DNA from: Anaerolineales bacterium
GTDB lineage: Bacteria > Chloroflexota > Anaerolineae > Anaerolineales > E44-bin32
NCBI GenBank assembly: GCA_041573795.1
Contig: JBFFQB010000002.1
Location: 46,749-110,748 of the forward strand
DNA length: 64,000 nt
Direction of reading: 5' to 3'
Shown: piece by piece, positions 1 through 8,434 of the stretch
Numbering within the stretch: position 1 is the stretch's first letter
Layout: each line of letters begins with the position of its first letter
Program-made: the position numbers and the translations under genes
Notes under the pieces: generated by a model
What the model was told of the DNA's origin: nothing
The model's input: the letters and a program-made list of their open reading frames with translations, nothing else
Databases searched by the model: none

Positions 1-1
1 G

Positions 2-193
2 GAATACTCTGACAGTGGTTTAGCCTATATGCTGCAAGAATGGTACATCAAACGCAATCGTAAGTTACGTGCCTCACACCCACGCGATATCTGTGACCAG
101 ATTCTAGACATCTCTCGCTATATCAATGTTGAGCCACGCATGACCAAGGATCTGCTTAATCGCGCTGCTGAAGCATATTTTGTTGAATTATAG
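2..193 (+). CDS. 3' end of an upstream gene (last 63 aa only); function not assignable
   Basis: Open frame from the window edge ending at TAG 191-193: ...EYSDSGLAYMLQEWYIKRNRKLRASHPRDICDQILDISRYINVEPRMTKDLLNRAAEAYFVEL*. I cannot name a diagnostic motif. Confidence 0.4.
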   Translation, partial: EYSDSGLAYMLQEWYIKRNRKLRASHPRDICDQILDISRYINVEPRMTKDLLNRAAEAYFVEL

Positions 194-195
194 AT

Positions 196-963
196 ATGCA
201 ACCATATCCCACCTGGAATTCTGGTGCCCCGTTGGTGATAGCTCATCGCGGGGCATCATTGTTTGCCCCTGAGAACACCCTCTCCGCTTTTCGATTGGCG
301 ATTGAGCTGGGAGCTGATGCAATCGAATTCGATGTTAAATTAAGCAAAGATAAAATTCCCGTTGTGCTGCACGACGCAACATTAGAGCGAACAACAACGG
401 GTAGGGGGAGAGTAAAAAAACATACACTGGCAGATCTCAGGCGGCTCGATGCTGGAATCAAATTCAATTCTAGATTTACAGGGGAACCGCTACCAACCCT
501 GCGCGAAGTAGTCACAGTAAGTCAAGATAAGATCATGTTGAATATTGAACTTACGAATTACGATGATCCTTTTGATCATCTGCCAGGGAATTGTTTTTCC
601 GTTATTCAAAATTCAGATATAGTAGGAGCTACCCTTTTTTCATCATTTAACCCATTTGCGCTATTGGCGATAAAGCGAATAAGCAAGGAAGCACGGACGG
701 CTCTACTAATCAATGCAGGTACACCAAAGGTGCTCCAATGGGCCCTGCGTAGGATGACACCCTACGACGATATCCATCCCCATCACTCACTCGTGAATGA
801 AAGCCTCATCAAGGCTGAGCATGCAAAAGGTCACCGAGTGAATGTGTGGACAGTGAATGATTTTGACCAACTGCTAGGTTTGTTCGAATTGGGAGTAAAT
901 GGAGTGATTAGCGATGATGTTGAAAGTGCTTTGAGAGCAAGAGAGCGTGCATATCGCCGATGA
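196..963 (+). CDS. glycerophosphodiester phosphodiesterase (GDPD family)
   Basis: N-terminal GDPD signature IAHRGAS..APENTLSAF..A..LGADAIEFDVKLSKDKIPVVLHDATLERTT; 255 aa, typical size. Confidence 0.9.
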   Translation: MQPYPTWNSGAPLVIAHRGASLFAPENTLSAFRLAIELGADAIEFDVKLSKDKIPVVLHDATLERTTTGRGRVKKHTLADLRRLDAGIKFNSRFTGEPLPTLREVVTVSQDKIMLNIELTNYDDPFDHLPGNCFSVIQNSDIVGATLFSSFNPFALLAIKRISKEARTALLINAGTPKVLQWALRRMTPYDDIHPHHSLVNESLIKAEHAKGHRVNVWTVNDFDQLLGLFELGVNGVISDDVESALRARERAYRR

Positions 964-1778
964 GCACACAGTGGACTGTTGATGAACTGATGTGTGTCTG
1001 CATATCGAGGCAGGTTGAGGATGGCGATGTTCTGACACAGGGTTTAGCCACACCGCTGGTTGCGGCTGGCTATTTGCTGGCATGGTATACACATGCCCCC
1101 AACGCGACATTTGCTTCGGCCATAGGCCAAACCCTGTGCCAAGAGGGTGCGCCTCTGGGCTTGATGAATGTTGAATCACTGTGGCTTGATAAGGCGATTG
1201 CCTCCTTTGGCTTTGTCTCTGGAGCTGCAGATATGCTCCCAACCGTAAAGCCCAAGGAATTTTTCCGGCCAGGGCAGGTTGATGTACACGGCAATTTCAA
1301 CAATATAGCAATAGGCCGAGATTATCTAAAACCTCGTCTGCGGCTACCAGGTGCGGGAGGGATTCCTGATGTAAGCACCTATTTTCATGGAACCTACCTA
1401 TATGTTACGAAGCACTCAAAAGTTACCTTTGTTGACGAGGTTGATTTTCGTTCAGGACTAGGACATGCACCTGAGCGGCAGCGCGGCGCAGGTCCTGCAT
1501 ATCTGGTGAGCGACCTTGGCGAGTTTGATTTTACCGGCGGGATGATGCGATTAATATCGCTGCATCCAAATGTAGAACTGGAACGGGTAAAAAAGAGAAC
1601 AGGATTTCGTTTCGATGTGGCAGCAAGTATGCAGCCAACGATACTTCCTTCCCATGACGAGCTAGACTTGCTCAGGAACGTAATTGATCCACTGGGTGTG
1701 AGGAAGTTAGAATTTCTATCTGGCCACAAACGAAATGAAGCCATCAGGAAAATCCTTGCACAAGAATCGAGATCTTAG
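960..1778 (+). CDS. CoA-transferase subunit B family protein (glutaconate/3-oxoacid CoA-transferase beta-like)
   Basis: Family-like motifs GQVDVHGNFNN and LPGAGGIPD; ATGA start/stop overlap with the GDPD gene; no subunit A in the window. Confidence 0.7.
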   Translation: MSTQWTVDELMCVCISRQVEDGDVLTQGLATPLVAAGYLLAWYTHAPNATFASAIGQTLCQEGAPLGLMNVESLWLDKAIASFGFVSGAADMLPTVKPKEFFRPGQVDVHGNFNNIAIGRDYLKPRLRLPGAGGIPDVSTYFHGTYLYVTKHSKVTFVDEVDFRSGLGHAPERQRGAGPAYLVSDLGEFDFTGGMMRLISLHPNVELERVKKRTGFRFDVAASMQPTILPSHDELDLLRNVIDPLGVRKLEFLSGHKRNEAIRKILAQESRS

Positions 1779-1837
1779 CTAGTCAATCAACCTTGTTCTT
1801 GTTTGCCTATTGGCAGGCAGGTATACTCCAACTAAGC

Positions 1838-4627
1838 ATGAATTATCGATTTCAACGAATTTGCTTCCTATTCTTGTCCTTCTGGATGAGTTTTAATGTT
1901 CAGTTTAGCGCGACCGCTCAAAGCGATCCAGCAGTTGAAATTCTCGAATCAATGAGCACTGCGGAAAAAATCGGTCAGCTGTTCCTTGTTACTTTTAATG
2001 GAAATGCTATTCGTGCAGAAGATCCAATTTACAGCCTTGTTTCAGAGCATTACATCTCAGGAGTTTTAATTTCCCCTGAGCAGGATAACTTAGTTTCATC
2101 CCCACAAACCATCGATAGTCTTCAAAATCTGATACTTGATTTACAGAAGTTAAATCTTGATCCTGGTAGCGTGGAAGAAGAGCTTCCTGAGGGAACCAGG
2201 GATCGACGCGAAGGATATCTACCGCTATTTATTGGGTTTACCTATTCTGGCGGTCAGCATGGAACAACTTCAATCCTTGAAGGGCTCTCGCCCATGGCCT
2301 CAAACATGGCCATTGGAGCAACCTGGGATGAGGAAATAGCCCAGGCAGCTGGTGAGATTCTCGGGCGGGAATTGGCAACGATCGGGATCAATCTCCTCCT
2401 TGGCCCAGCGCTTGACGTTCTAGAAAATCCACAAATGACAGATAGTACTGATCTGGGCATACAGACCTTCGGTGGCGATCCTTACTGGGTATCCGTTATG
2501 GGAAAAGCGATAATCTCAGGTATTCGCGCCGGATCTGAAGGTCAGATTGCTGTGATGGCTTCTCACTTTCCTGGATTAGGCGGAAGTGATCGACCGATAG
2601 AAGAGGAAGTTGCGACCGTTCGGAAATCGCTTGAAGAGCTAAGGCAGTTTGATCTGGCTCCCTTCTTTGCAGTAACCCAAGAAGATGAACCTGGATCTGG
2701 GGGATTGGTTCAAGGCCTTTTGACTTCACACATTCGTTACCAGGGGTTCCAGGGAAACATTCGTGCGACGACAAGGCCAATCAGTTTCGATCCTCAGGCG
2801 TTTAACTTGGTGATGTCATTAGAGCCCCTGAGCACTTGGCGAATGAATGGCGGGGTGACCTTGAGCGATTCGCTCGGATCTCGAGCAATTCGTTTATTTC
2901 GCGATCCAACAGGTCAGACCTTTAGCGCACAACTTGTCGCTCGGGATACCTTCTTGGCGGGAAACGACTTGCTTCTACTTGAGAATTTTCGAGATTCAAG
3001 CGATCCTGACGAATTAACAACAATAGTAGGGACCTTGAATTTCTTCAAGAATAAGTACACTGAAGATTCGATATTTGCCCAACGCGTTGACCAGGCCGTT
3101 CTCAGGATCATAAGATTGAAGTTATCCATCTTGGGGGATACGTTTACTACCCGAGGCGATTTTCAATCAGCCATTGATAGTACGAATGTTGGGGGAGAAC
3201 AAGAGCTCGCAAATCGGGTGGCTCAAACTGGGGCCACACTTATCAGCCCTGAGCAAGATGAGATCGAGAGCAGAACCGGGGGGATCCCACGTATTGGGGA
3301 GCGGATTGTTTTCTTAACAGATGTGCGCTATGTACGACAATGCAGCACGTGTCCACATGAAACAATCATGGATGTGAACGCATTGGAGACCGCCGTGCTG
3401 CGATTATTTGGCCCTGGCGCAGCAGGTCAGGTCGGTGGTTGGAATTTAAATTCCTATTCTTTTGCCGATATAGCAAATTATTTAGGGGAGCGAACATCTG
3501 AGGCAATGTTAGTGCCACTTGCGGCTGAAGAAGAAGTCGACCAGGCTATTCGTAATGCCGATTGGTTAGTCTTCAGCATGATGGATTCAAGAGCTGCCAT
3601 TTACGGAGCCGAAGCCTTGCAAAGTTTCCTGGATAAACGACCTGATTTGGCCCGGGATAAAAGAGTTGTGGTATTCAGCTTTGATGTTCCCTACGGTCTT
3701 GACGCGACAGAGATCAGCAAGATTGACCTGTTTTATGCACTTTATGACAGCAGCCAAGCGTTCGTAGATATGGCTGCGAAGTTGCTCTTTCAAGAACAAG
3801 CGGCCTTGGGCGCGTCCCCCGTGGGTATTCCTGGACTTGGATATGAACTTATTGAGGTGACAGCGCCCGATCCGAATCAGATCATCCAGCTAAGATTGGT
3901 TAGCTTTACGGAAGAAGGGGAGGCAACACTTGAGCCAGAAGGTTTCATGATCGGTGACGACGTTACTATTCAGACGGGGGTCATCGTGGACGCCAATGGA
4001 AATCGCGTGCCCGATCGAACACCGGTTGAGTTTCGAGTTGCCTCATCCGTCGAAGGAGAGACACCTCTTCTTTTTGAGACATCAACGGATCGTGGCGTTG
4101 CCACGACTACTGTTCCTATTGAGAAGCCTGGATTACTCACAGTAACAGTGCAATCAGGAAATGCTCGAATTTCCGAGGCGATCCAGCTTGACGCTCAAGA
4201 AGACATTGCGGCGCAGGCAGTTGTTATTTCTCCCACGCTAATTCCCACGAGCACAAGTGCGCCAACCGAAACACCACTTGTCTCAACAGCAACCCCAGCA
4301 GTGATTGACGAGCAAATCGGCGCCATCGAAGGTAGCTTTTCTTCGAGGTTGGGAGCATTGGTATTAGGGCTAATTGCCATTGCATTTGTATCGTTTCTTG
4401 GCTATATCTCAGCACAGCGAATCCAAATTGGCGAGTCAGCCCTTCGCTTTACACTGATTCCCGCCATAACTGGATTGTTGACCTATAACTACCTCGCGCT
4501 TGGCTTGCCCGGGAGCTTGGGAATCACAACGGTCCTTGGGGGGTTAGGAGTCTTTGCGGTTGTTGCTGTGGGAAGTAGCCTAGGTCTCTTGTTAGCGCAT
4601 CTATGGAATCGCACCGCTAACTCATAA
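1838..4627 (+). CDS. glycoside hydrolase family 3 (NagZ/beta-glucosidase-like) N-terminal domain protein with signal peptide and C-terminal membrane anchor
   Basis: The ORF opens at 1793 (TTG), but ATG 1838 gives a signal-like N-terminus MNYRFQRICFLFLSFWMSFNVQFSATA. GH3-like KIGQLFLV and GPALDV...GGDP motifs; the last ~110 aa form 3 hydrophobic helices. Confidence 0.75.
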   Translation: MNYRFQRICFLFLSFWMSFNVQFSATAQSDPAVEILESMSTAEKIGQLFLVTFNGNAIRAEDPIYSLVSEHYISGVLISPEQDNLVSSPQTIDSLQNLILDLQKLNLDPGSVEEELPEGTRDRREGYLPLFIGFTYSGGQHGTTSILEGLSPMASNMAIGATWDEEIAQAAGEILGRELATIGINLLLGPALDVLENPQMTDSTDLGIQTFGGDPYWVSVMGKAIISGIRAGSEGQIAVMASHFPGLGGSDRPIEEEVATVRKSLEELRQFDLAPFFAVTQEDEPGSGGLVQGLLTSHIRYQGFQGNIRATTRPISFDPQAFNLVMSLEPLSTWRMNGGVTLSDSLGSRAIRLFRDPTGQTFSAQLVARDTFLAGNDLLLLENFRDSSDPDELTTIVGTLNFFKNKYTEDSIFAQRVDQAVLRIIRLKLSILGDTFTTRGDFQSAIDSTNVGGEQELANRVAQTGATLISPEQDEIESRTGGIPRIGERIVFLTDVRYVRQCSTCPHETIMDVNALETAVLRLFGPGAAGQVGGWNLNSYSFADIANYLGERTSEAMLVPLAAEEEVDQAIRNADWLVFSMMDSRAAIYGAEALQSFLDKRPDLARDKRVVVFSFDVPYGLDATEISKIDLFYALYDSSQAFVDMAAKLLFQEQAALGASPVGIPGLGYELIEVTAPDPNQIIQLRLVSFTEEGEATLEPEGFMIGDDVTIQTGVIVDANGNRVPDRTPVEFRVASSVEGETPLLFETSTDRGVATTTVPIEKPGLLTVTVQSGNARISEAIQLDAQEDIAAQAVVISPTLIPTSTSAPTETPLVSTATPAVIDEQIGAIEGSFSSRLGALVLGLIAIAFVSFLGYISAQRIQIGESALRFTLIPAITGLLTYNYLALGLPGSLGITTVLGGLGVFAVVAVGSSLGLLLAHLWNRTANS

Positions 4628-5600
4628 ACGTTGTAAGGAACGCCAGGATGAGCAAAAGTGAGGTGGAACCCACCAGAATTCGATCTATTAGCGATAGCGA
4701 CGCTATGATAGGTTGTATTGCAGTGGCCATCTCTGAAGGAGAAGAAATTCTTGCACCACGCAGTGATTGGCTAAATGCATCCACGGAAGATGGTCGGCTA
4801 TCGGGATGAAGTGACATCGCCCAAAGGACTGCTTCTTCAATATCCAAAGGTATGAGTTGATTGATCTCGCGTGGCGGGATTAAGGTGTCCGGCCTTAGAA
4901 ATCTTTGCTTCGCTTCAGCCGGTGCCGTATTCGTCATAAGATGATATAAAGTTGCGCCGAACGAGTAGATATCTGAGCGAACATCCGTGTGCCCAGTGTC
5001 TCCGCCATATTGCTCAAGTGGTGTGTATAAGGCTGTTCCGCGCCCCTGGATAACCGTGATTGTCATTTCATCCGGCAGCATTTGTTTAACTAGACCGAAA
5101 TCGACTAACTTGAGGCGATTTTGAGGGGTAAGTTTTAGATTGCTGGGTTTTATATCGCGATGGATGACGGGAGGATCCTGCGAGTGCAAGTACGATAGCG
5201 CATCGCCGAGTTGGTTTGCCCAGGATAAGATATCCTTCAAAGGTAGAAAGTTACCTTTCCTGCGTTGACGGTCCATCAATTGCTTGAGATCATCCCCTGG
5301 GATGAAATCCATTACAAGGTAATCGGAATCGCCTTCAGAAAAAAAATCAGAGACTTTGGGTAGGGTGGGGTGGTCAAGACGGGCAAGCACGGAAGCTTCC
5401 CTATAGAATTGGTCTCTCCCTTGCTGGCGCAATTGCGCTGTGAGGTTCGGATCCTGACGGACTTGCTTGATGGCGCACTGCCGACCTTCAAGGCGATTGT
5501 CATCGGCGAGGTATATCGAACCCATTCCTCCTCGGCCAATCGTCTTTTTAAGGATATAACGTCCTTTGAGGACCTCAGGTTTTCTTTTAGAGGATGGCAA
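4617..5600 (-). CDS. Ser/Thr protein kinase (Hanks type) with C-terminal transmembrane helix
   Basis: GRGGMGSIY glycine loop, AIK lysine, HRDIKPSNL catalytic loop, DFGL, and a C-terminal hydrophobic segment LVGSTSLLLILAFLTTF. Confidence 0.9.
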   Translation of the reverse strand: MPSSKRKPEVLKGRYILKKTIGRGGMGSIYLADDNRLEGRQCAIKQVRQDPNLTAQLRQQGRDQFYREASVLARLDHPTLPKVSDFFSEGDSDYLVMDFIPGDDLKQLMDRQRRKGNFLPLKDILSWANQLGDALSYLHSQDPPVIHRDIKPSNLKLTPQNRLKLVDFGLVKQMLPDEMTITVIQGRGTALYTPLEQYGGDTGHTDVRSDIYSFGATLYHLMTNTAPAEAKQRFLRPDTLIPPREINQLIPLDIEEAVLWAMSLHPDSRPSSVDAFSQSLRGARISSPSEMATAIQPIIASLSLIDRILVGSTSLLLILAFLTTFMS

Positions 5601-5727
5601 TAGAACCTCAGAAGTGGGGCAGAGTTACCATAATCATATCTCTCGGCGTGAGTAATACCCCAATTACTCAGAGCGATCATGGACTTCTTGCATTATACTC
5701 TGAATAGGATTCGTACTGATTAGGAAG

Positions 5728-6390
5728 ATGGTTTACAAGTCAGAAGAGATCCCAATCCTGGTTGCCCCTGACGGTGAACTGAAAGGTTCGCGCTGGGCCT
5801 TAGACAATGACGACTTTGTCATTGGCAGAGATCCTACATGTAACCTTTGTGTTCAGGATCGGCAGATATCCAGGTACCATGCACGCCTCCGCAGGACGAC
5901 TGCAGGCTATACCATTGAGGATCTAGGAAGCAAGAATGGGACCTATTTAAATGGGACTAAGCTTGAGCGGAGTGAACTCCTGCAGGATGGAGATGAGATT
6001 CAGGTAGCACTGGCAGCAAGACTCATCTTCGTTGGCTCAGAAGCTACCGTACCTCTCACAGTTGAAAACATGAATGAGCATGGCCTTGGAAGATTGCGCA
6101 TGGAAATTGAAGCTCATCGGGTATGGATTCGTGAAAAGGAAGTAGATCCACCCCTATCCCCACCTCAATTTCGGTTGCTTGAGCTCCTGTATGCTAATCC
6201 CGCGCGTGTGGTGGGACGCGATAAAATTGCTTCACATGTTTGGCCTGGTACGGAAGGGATTGGAGTGAGCGATCAAGCCATCGATGCTCTTGTCCGAAGG
6301 TTACGTGATCGCCTGGCAGATGCAGACCCCGACTTTGAATACATACTAACAGTCCGCGGTCACGGATTCCGGCTCCATAATCAAGCATAG
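5728..6390 (+). CDS. FHA domain fused to OmpR/PhoB-type winged-helix DNA-binding domain
   Basis: FHA signature FVIGRD...ISRYHARL...GSKNGTYLNG; C-terminal trans_reg_C-like LSPPQFRLLELL...DALVRRLRDRL...ILTVRGHGFRL. Confidence 0.85.
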   Translation: MVYKSEEIPILVAPDGELKGSRWALDNDDFVIGRDPTCNLCVQDRQISRYHARLRRTTAGYTIEDLGSKNGTYLNGTKLERSELLQDGDEIQVALAARLIFVGSEATVPLTVENMNEHGLGRLRMEIEAHRVWIREKEVDPPLSPPQFRLLELLYANPARVVGRDKIASHVWPGTEGIGVSDQAIDALVRRLRDRLADADPDFEYILTVRGHGFRLHNQA

Positions 6391-6413
6391 TCATCCGGAG
6401 TAGATCTACATAC

Positions 6414-6448
6414 AAACCGGAAGGCGTAGGTGCCTTCCGGTTTGTTTT
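6414..6448. terminator. bidirectional intrinsic terminator between the FHA-wHTH gene and ssrA
   Basis: 11-bp perfect stem AAACCGGAAGG / CCTTCCGGTTT (6414-6424 and 6433-6443), 8-nt loop, followed by GTTTT on + and TTTG on -. Confidence 0.7.
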
Positions 6449-6450
6449 AG

Positions 6451-6842
6451 GTGGAGATGGCGGGATTCGAACCCGCGTCCGAAAGTTTCACTTAACAGAT
6501 ATCTACAAGCGTAGTCAATTTACTGGATTTCACCCGTTGGTCACCAATTGACAGGTGTTCCATTGGGTTAGCCACTCAGATCCGAAAATCTGCTTGATTG
6601 AAGTACGTGGCGGACTTCAGTGCAATCCTCCCATCCTGTCGTCAGTCGGTTTGCGGGGAGGATCACGCAATCCGGTGACGGATCTCCTGAGAGATCGAGC
6701 TCTACCCTAACTGCTAGGCAGCGACGGGCAGGGCCGCAAAGTCAGTGCGATTGGCACTTTTAAGTTGCGCTGATTTGACGAGTTCGGCGCCTCTCGGCTC
6801 GCAATCTGTTACATTCCACCTCCGTCGAAGCCATTCATCCCC
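6451..6842 (-). ncRNA. ssrA: tmRNA (SsrA), ~392 nt; tag reading frame encodes ANRTDFAALPVAA*
   Basis: Minus-strand 5' end GGGGATGAATGGCTTCGACGGAGG; 3' end GGATTCGAACCCGCCATCTCCACC (tRNA-Ala-like acceptor/T-arm). Internal tag ORF GCC AAT CGC ACT GAC TTT GCG GCC CTG CCC GTC GCT GCC TAG at 6714-6755. smpB lies just upstream. Confidence 0.9.
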
Positions 6843-6966
6843 TGATATGCCCAAGTATATCACGCCTCTCAACCAAATTTGCATGCGCATAGCCACAATA
6901 ATATCTATTCCACCATATTCTATTTTTCATTAAGGTAATAAAAGGCTATGCGCATTTATTATCTGC

Positions 6967-7752
6967 TCACCATTTTGCGTTCGGGAAGGTATTTACGCTC
7001 ACTTGCGATCCGATGGCTTTGTACATGACAACATCTGTAAAAGGCTCGCCCAAAATGCAATCATGGATTGCCCAGCTGCGGCCCCGTATCGAAGTTGAAA
7101 ATTCCGGTGAGCGGAATGGGGAGGAGCCATCTAAGCGAGAAATAAGCTCACCCTGATCGGTGAAACCCGAATGAATTTCTTCCATCTTGCGACGACCTTG
7201 TTGATACGCAAAACCGTAGCGCTCGAATACGATAGCGTTATGATAAAAAAGGGGATCAATAAAATACACTTCATGTCCAAGGAAATCCACAAATTCTTCA
7301 AATATACCGACAGAATATTTAAGCATCTTGAGTCCTTGGCGCACCTGGCCAGGAGCTAAACCAGCCTTCATGGCTGCACGCTCAGCCTCCAAGTTCCTAC
7401 GAAATATGCCAAACTCTGTAGGTTTTCCATCTGGCATCATATCGGTATCATATCGTGGAGCATATGGATCATTCATGACGTAGAGCAACACGTGAATTTG
7501 CCCAGTCACCGTATCGGTTAAGTGGGCATAGAGCAGAGGGTCTTGGAATCCAACATCATGCCTTAATTCCAATACCACATCAGTGCTACCTGCTTTGCAC
7601 TTGATCTGCAGTAGCTTTAGCTCAAGTAAATCTTTGATTTCATGGGGAAGTTCAAATCGTTCAAATATCTCTGGAGGAATAAAGCGGGCGTAAATCAAAG
7701 ATTTTTCTTTATCAGGAAGCTGGTTTAATGCAGCAATAGAGCGTGCACCCAT
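6967..7752 (-). CDS. hypothetical protein (261 aa), translationally coupled to smpB and immediately upstream of ssrA
   Basis: Long ORF with no competing frame; its ATG shares one base with the smpB stop (TGATG at 7750-7754); I recognise no motif. Confidence 0.7.
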   Translation of the reverse strand: MGARSIAALNQLPDKEKSLIYARFIPPEIFERFELPHEIKDLLELKLLQIKCKAGSTDVVLELRHDVGFQDPLLYAHLTDTVTGQIHVLLYVMNDPYAPRYDTDMMPDGKPTEFGIFRRNLEAERAAMKAGLAPGQVRQGLKMLKYSVGIFEEFVDFLGHEVYFIDPLFYHNAIVFERYGFAYQQGRRKMEEIHSGFTDQGELISRLDGSSPFRSPEFSTSIRGRSWAIHDCILGEPFTDVVMYKAIGSQVSVNTFPNAKW

Positions 7753-8216
7753 CAGCGACCCCTTCTCGCAATTTCACGCTCAACATCCCGCGCGGCATCT
7801 CGTTTCGAGATCTCCTTCCGCTTGTCATACTTTCGCTTACCTTTAGCTAAAGCAATTTCCAGTTTGGCCTTTCCTTCTTTGAGGTAAAGTCGTAGAGGAA
7901 CGATGGTGTAGCCCTTTTGACGAACTCGGGCAAACAAACGCTGAATTTCTCTTTTGTGCAAGAGTAAGCGCCTGCGACGACGGGGTTCATGGTTGAACTG
8001 CCCGGCTGATTCGTAAGGCGCAATGTGAGCATTAACCAGCCAAGCTTCTGACCCATCTACCTCAATATGAGCTTCCTTCAAGCTAACCTGCCCGGAGCGA
8101 ATGGACTTGATCTCTGTGCCACGCAGGCTCAAACCTGCCTCATATTTATCTTCGAGGAAATATTCATGGCTTGCTTTTCGATTGGTTGCAATCACTTTTA
8201 AGTTATCAGCATTCAT
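7752..8216 (-). CDS. smpB: SsrA-binding protein SmpB
   Basis: KVIATNRKASHEYFLEDKYEAGLSLRGTEIKSIR and basic C-terminal tail; 154 aa. Confidence 0.95.
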   Translation of the reverse strand: MNADNLKVIATNRKASHEYFLEDKYEAGLSLRGTEIKSIRSGQVSLKEAHIEVDGSEAWLVNAHIAPYESAGQFNHEPRRRRRLLLHKREIQRLFARVRQKGYTIVPLRLYLKEGKAKLEIALAKGKRKYDKRKEISKRDAARDVEREIARRGR

Positions 8217-8434
8217 ATACGTAAAATTTTATCTCCACCTAACTCATTCTACTTCACAAATGCTATCGATTTACAGGGTGATTTTGAAATCAATTCACGA
8301 TTGCATACAAGCGACTTCATAAAAACCCACCGGTACATTTAGCCTGCTTGTCAGAGTGCTAATTGACGGGGATAATGAGATACGGGCCCCTGTCTTGAAC
8401 AGAGGGATACGATATTTCTGTGGAGTTTTGAACC

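Noticed and set aside
3503-3517. Sigma-54-like motif TGGCACtaacaTTGCC on the minus strand inside the GH3 gene
   Set aside because: The core spacing is correct, but it is antisense within a CDS and has no downstream ORF. It could be a chance match or a cryptic intragenic site. It is not reported as a promoter and would only merit attention if a genome-wide PWM scan or dRNA-seq supports it.
6714-6896. 60-aa ORF MAMRMQ…ANRTDFAALPVAA on the minus strand
   Set aside because: It is not a protein gene. It is the tmRNA tag reading frame artificially extended upstream through the tmRNA 5' region.
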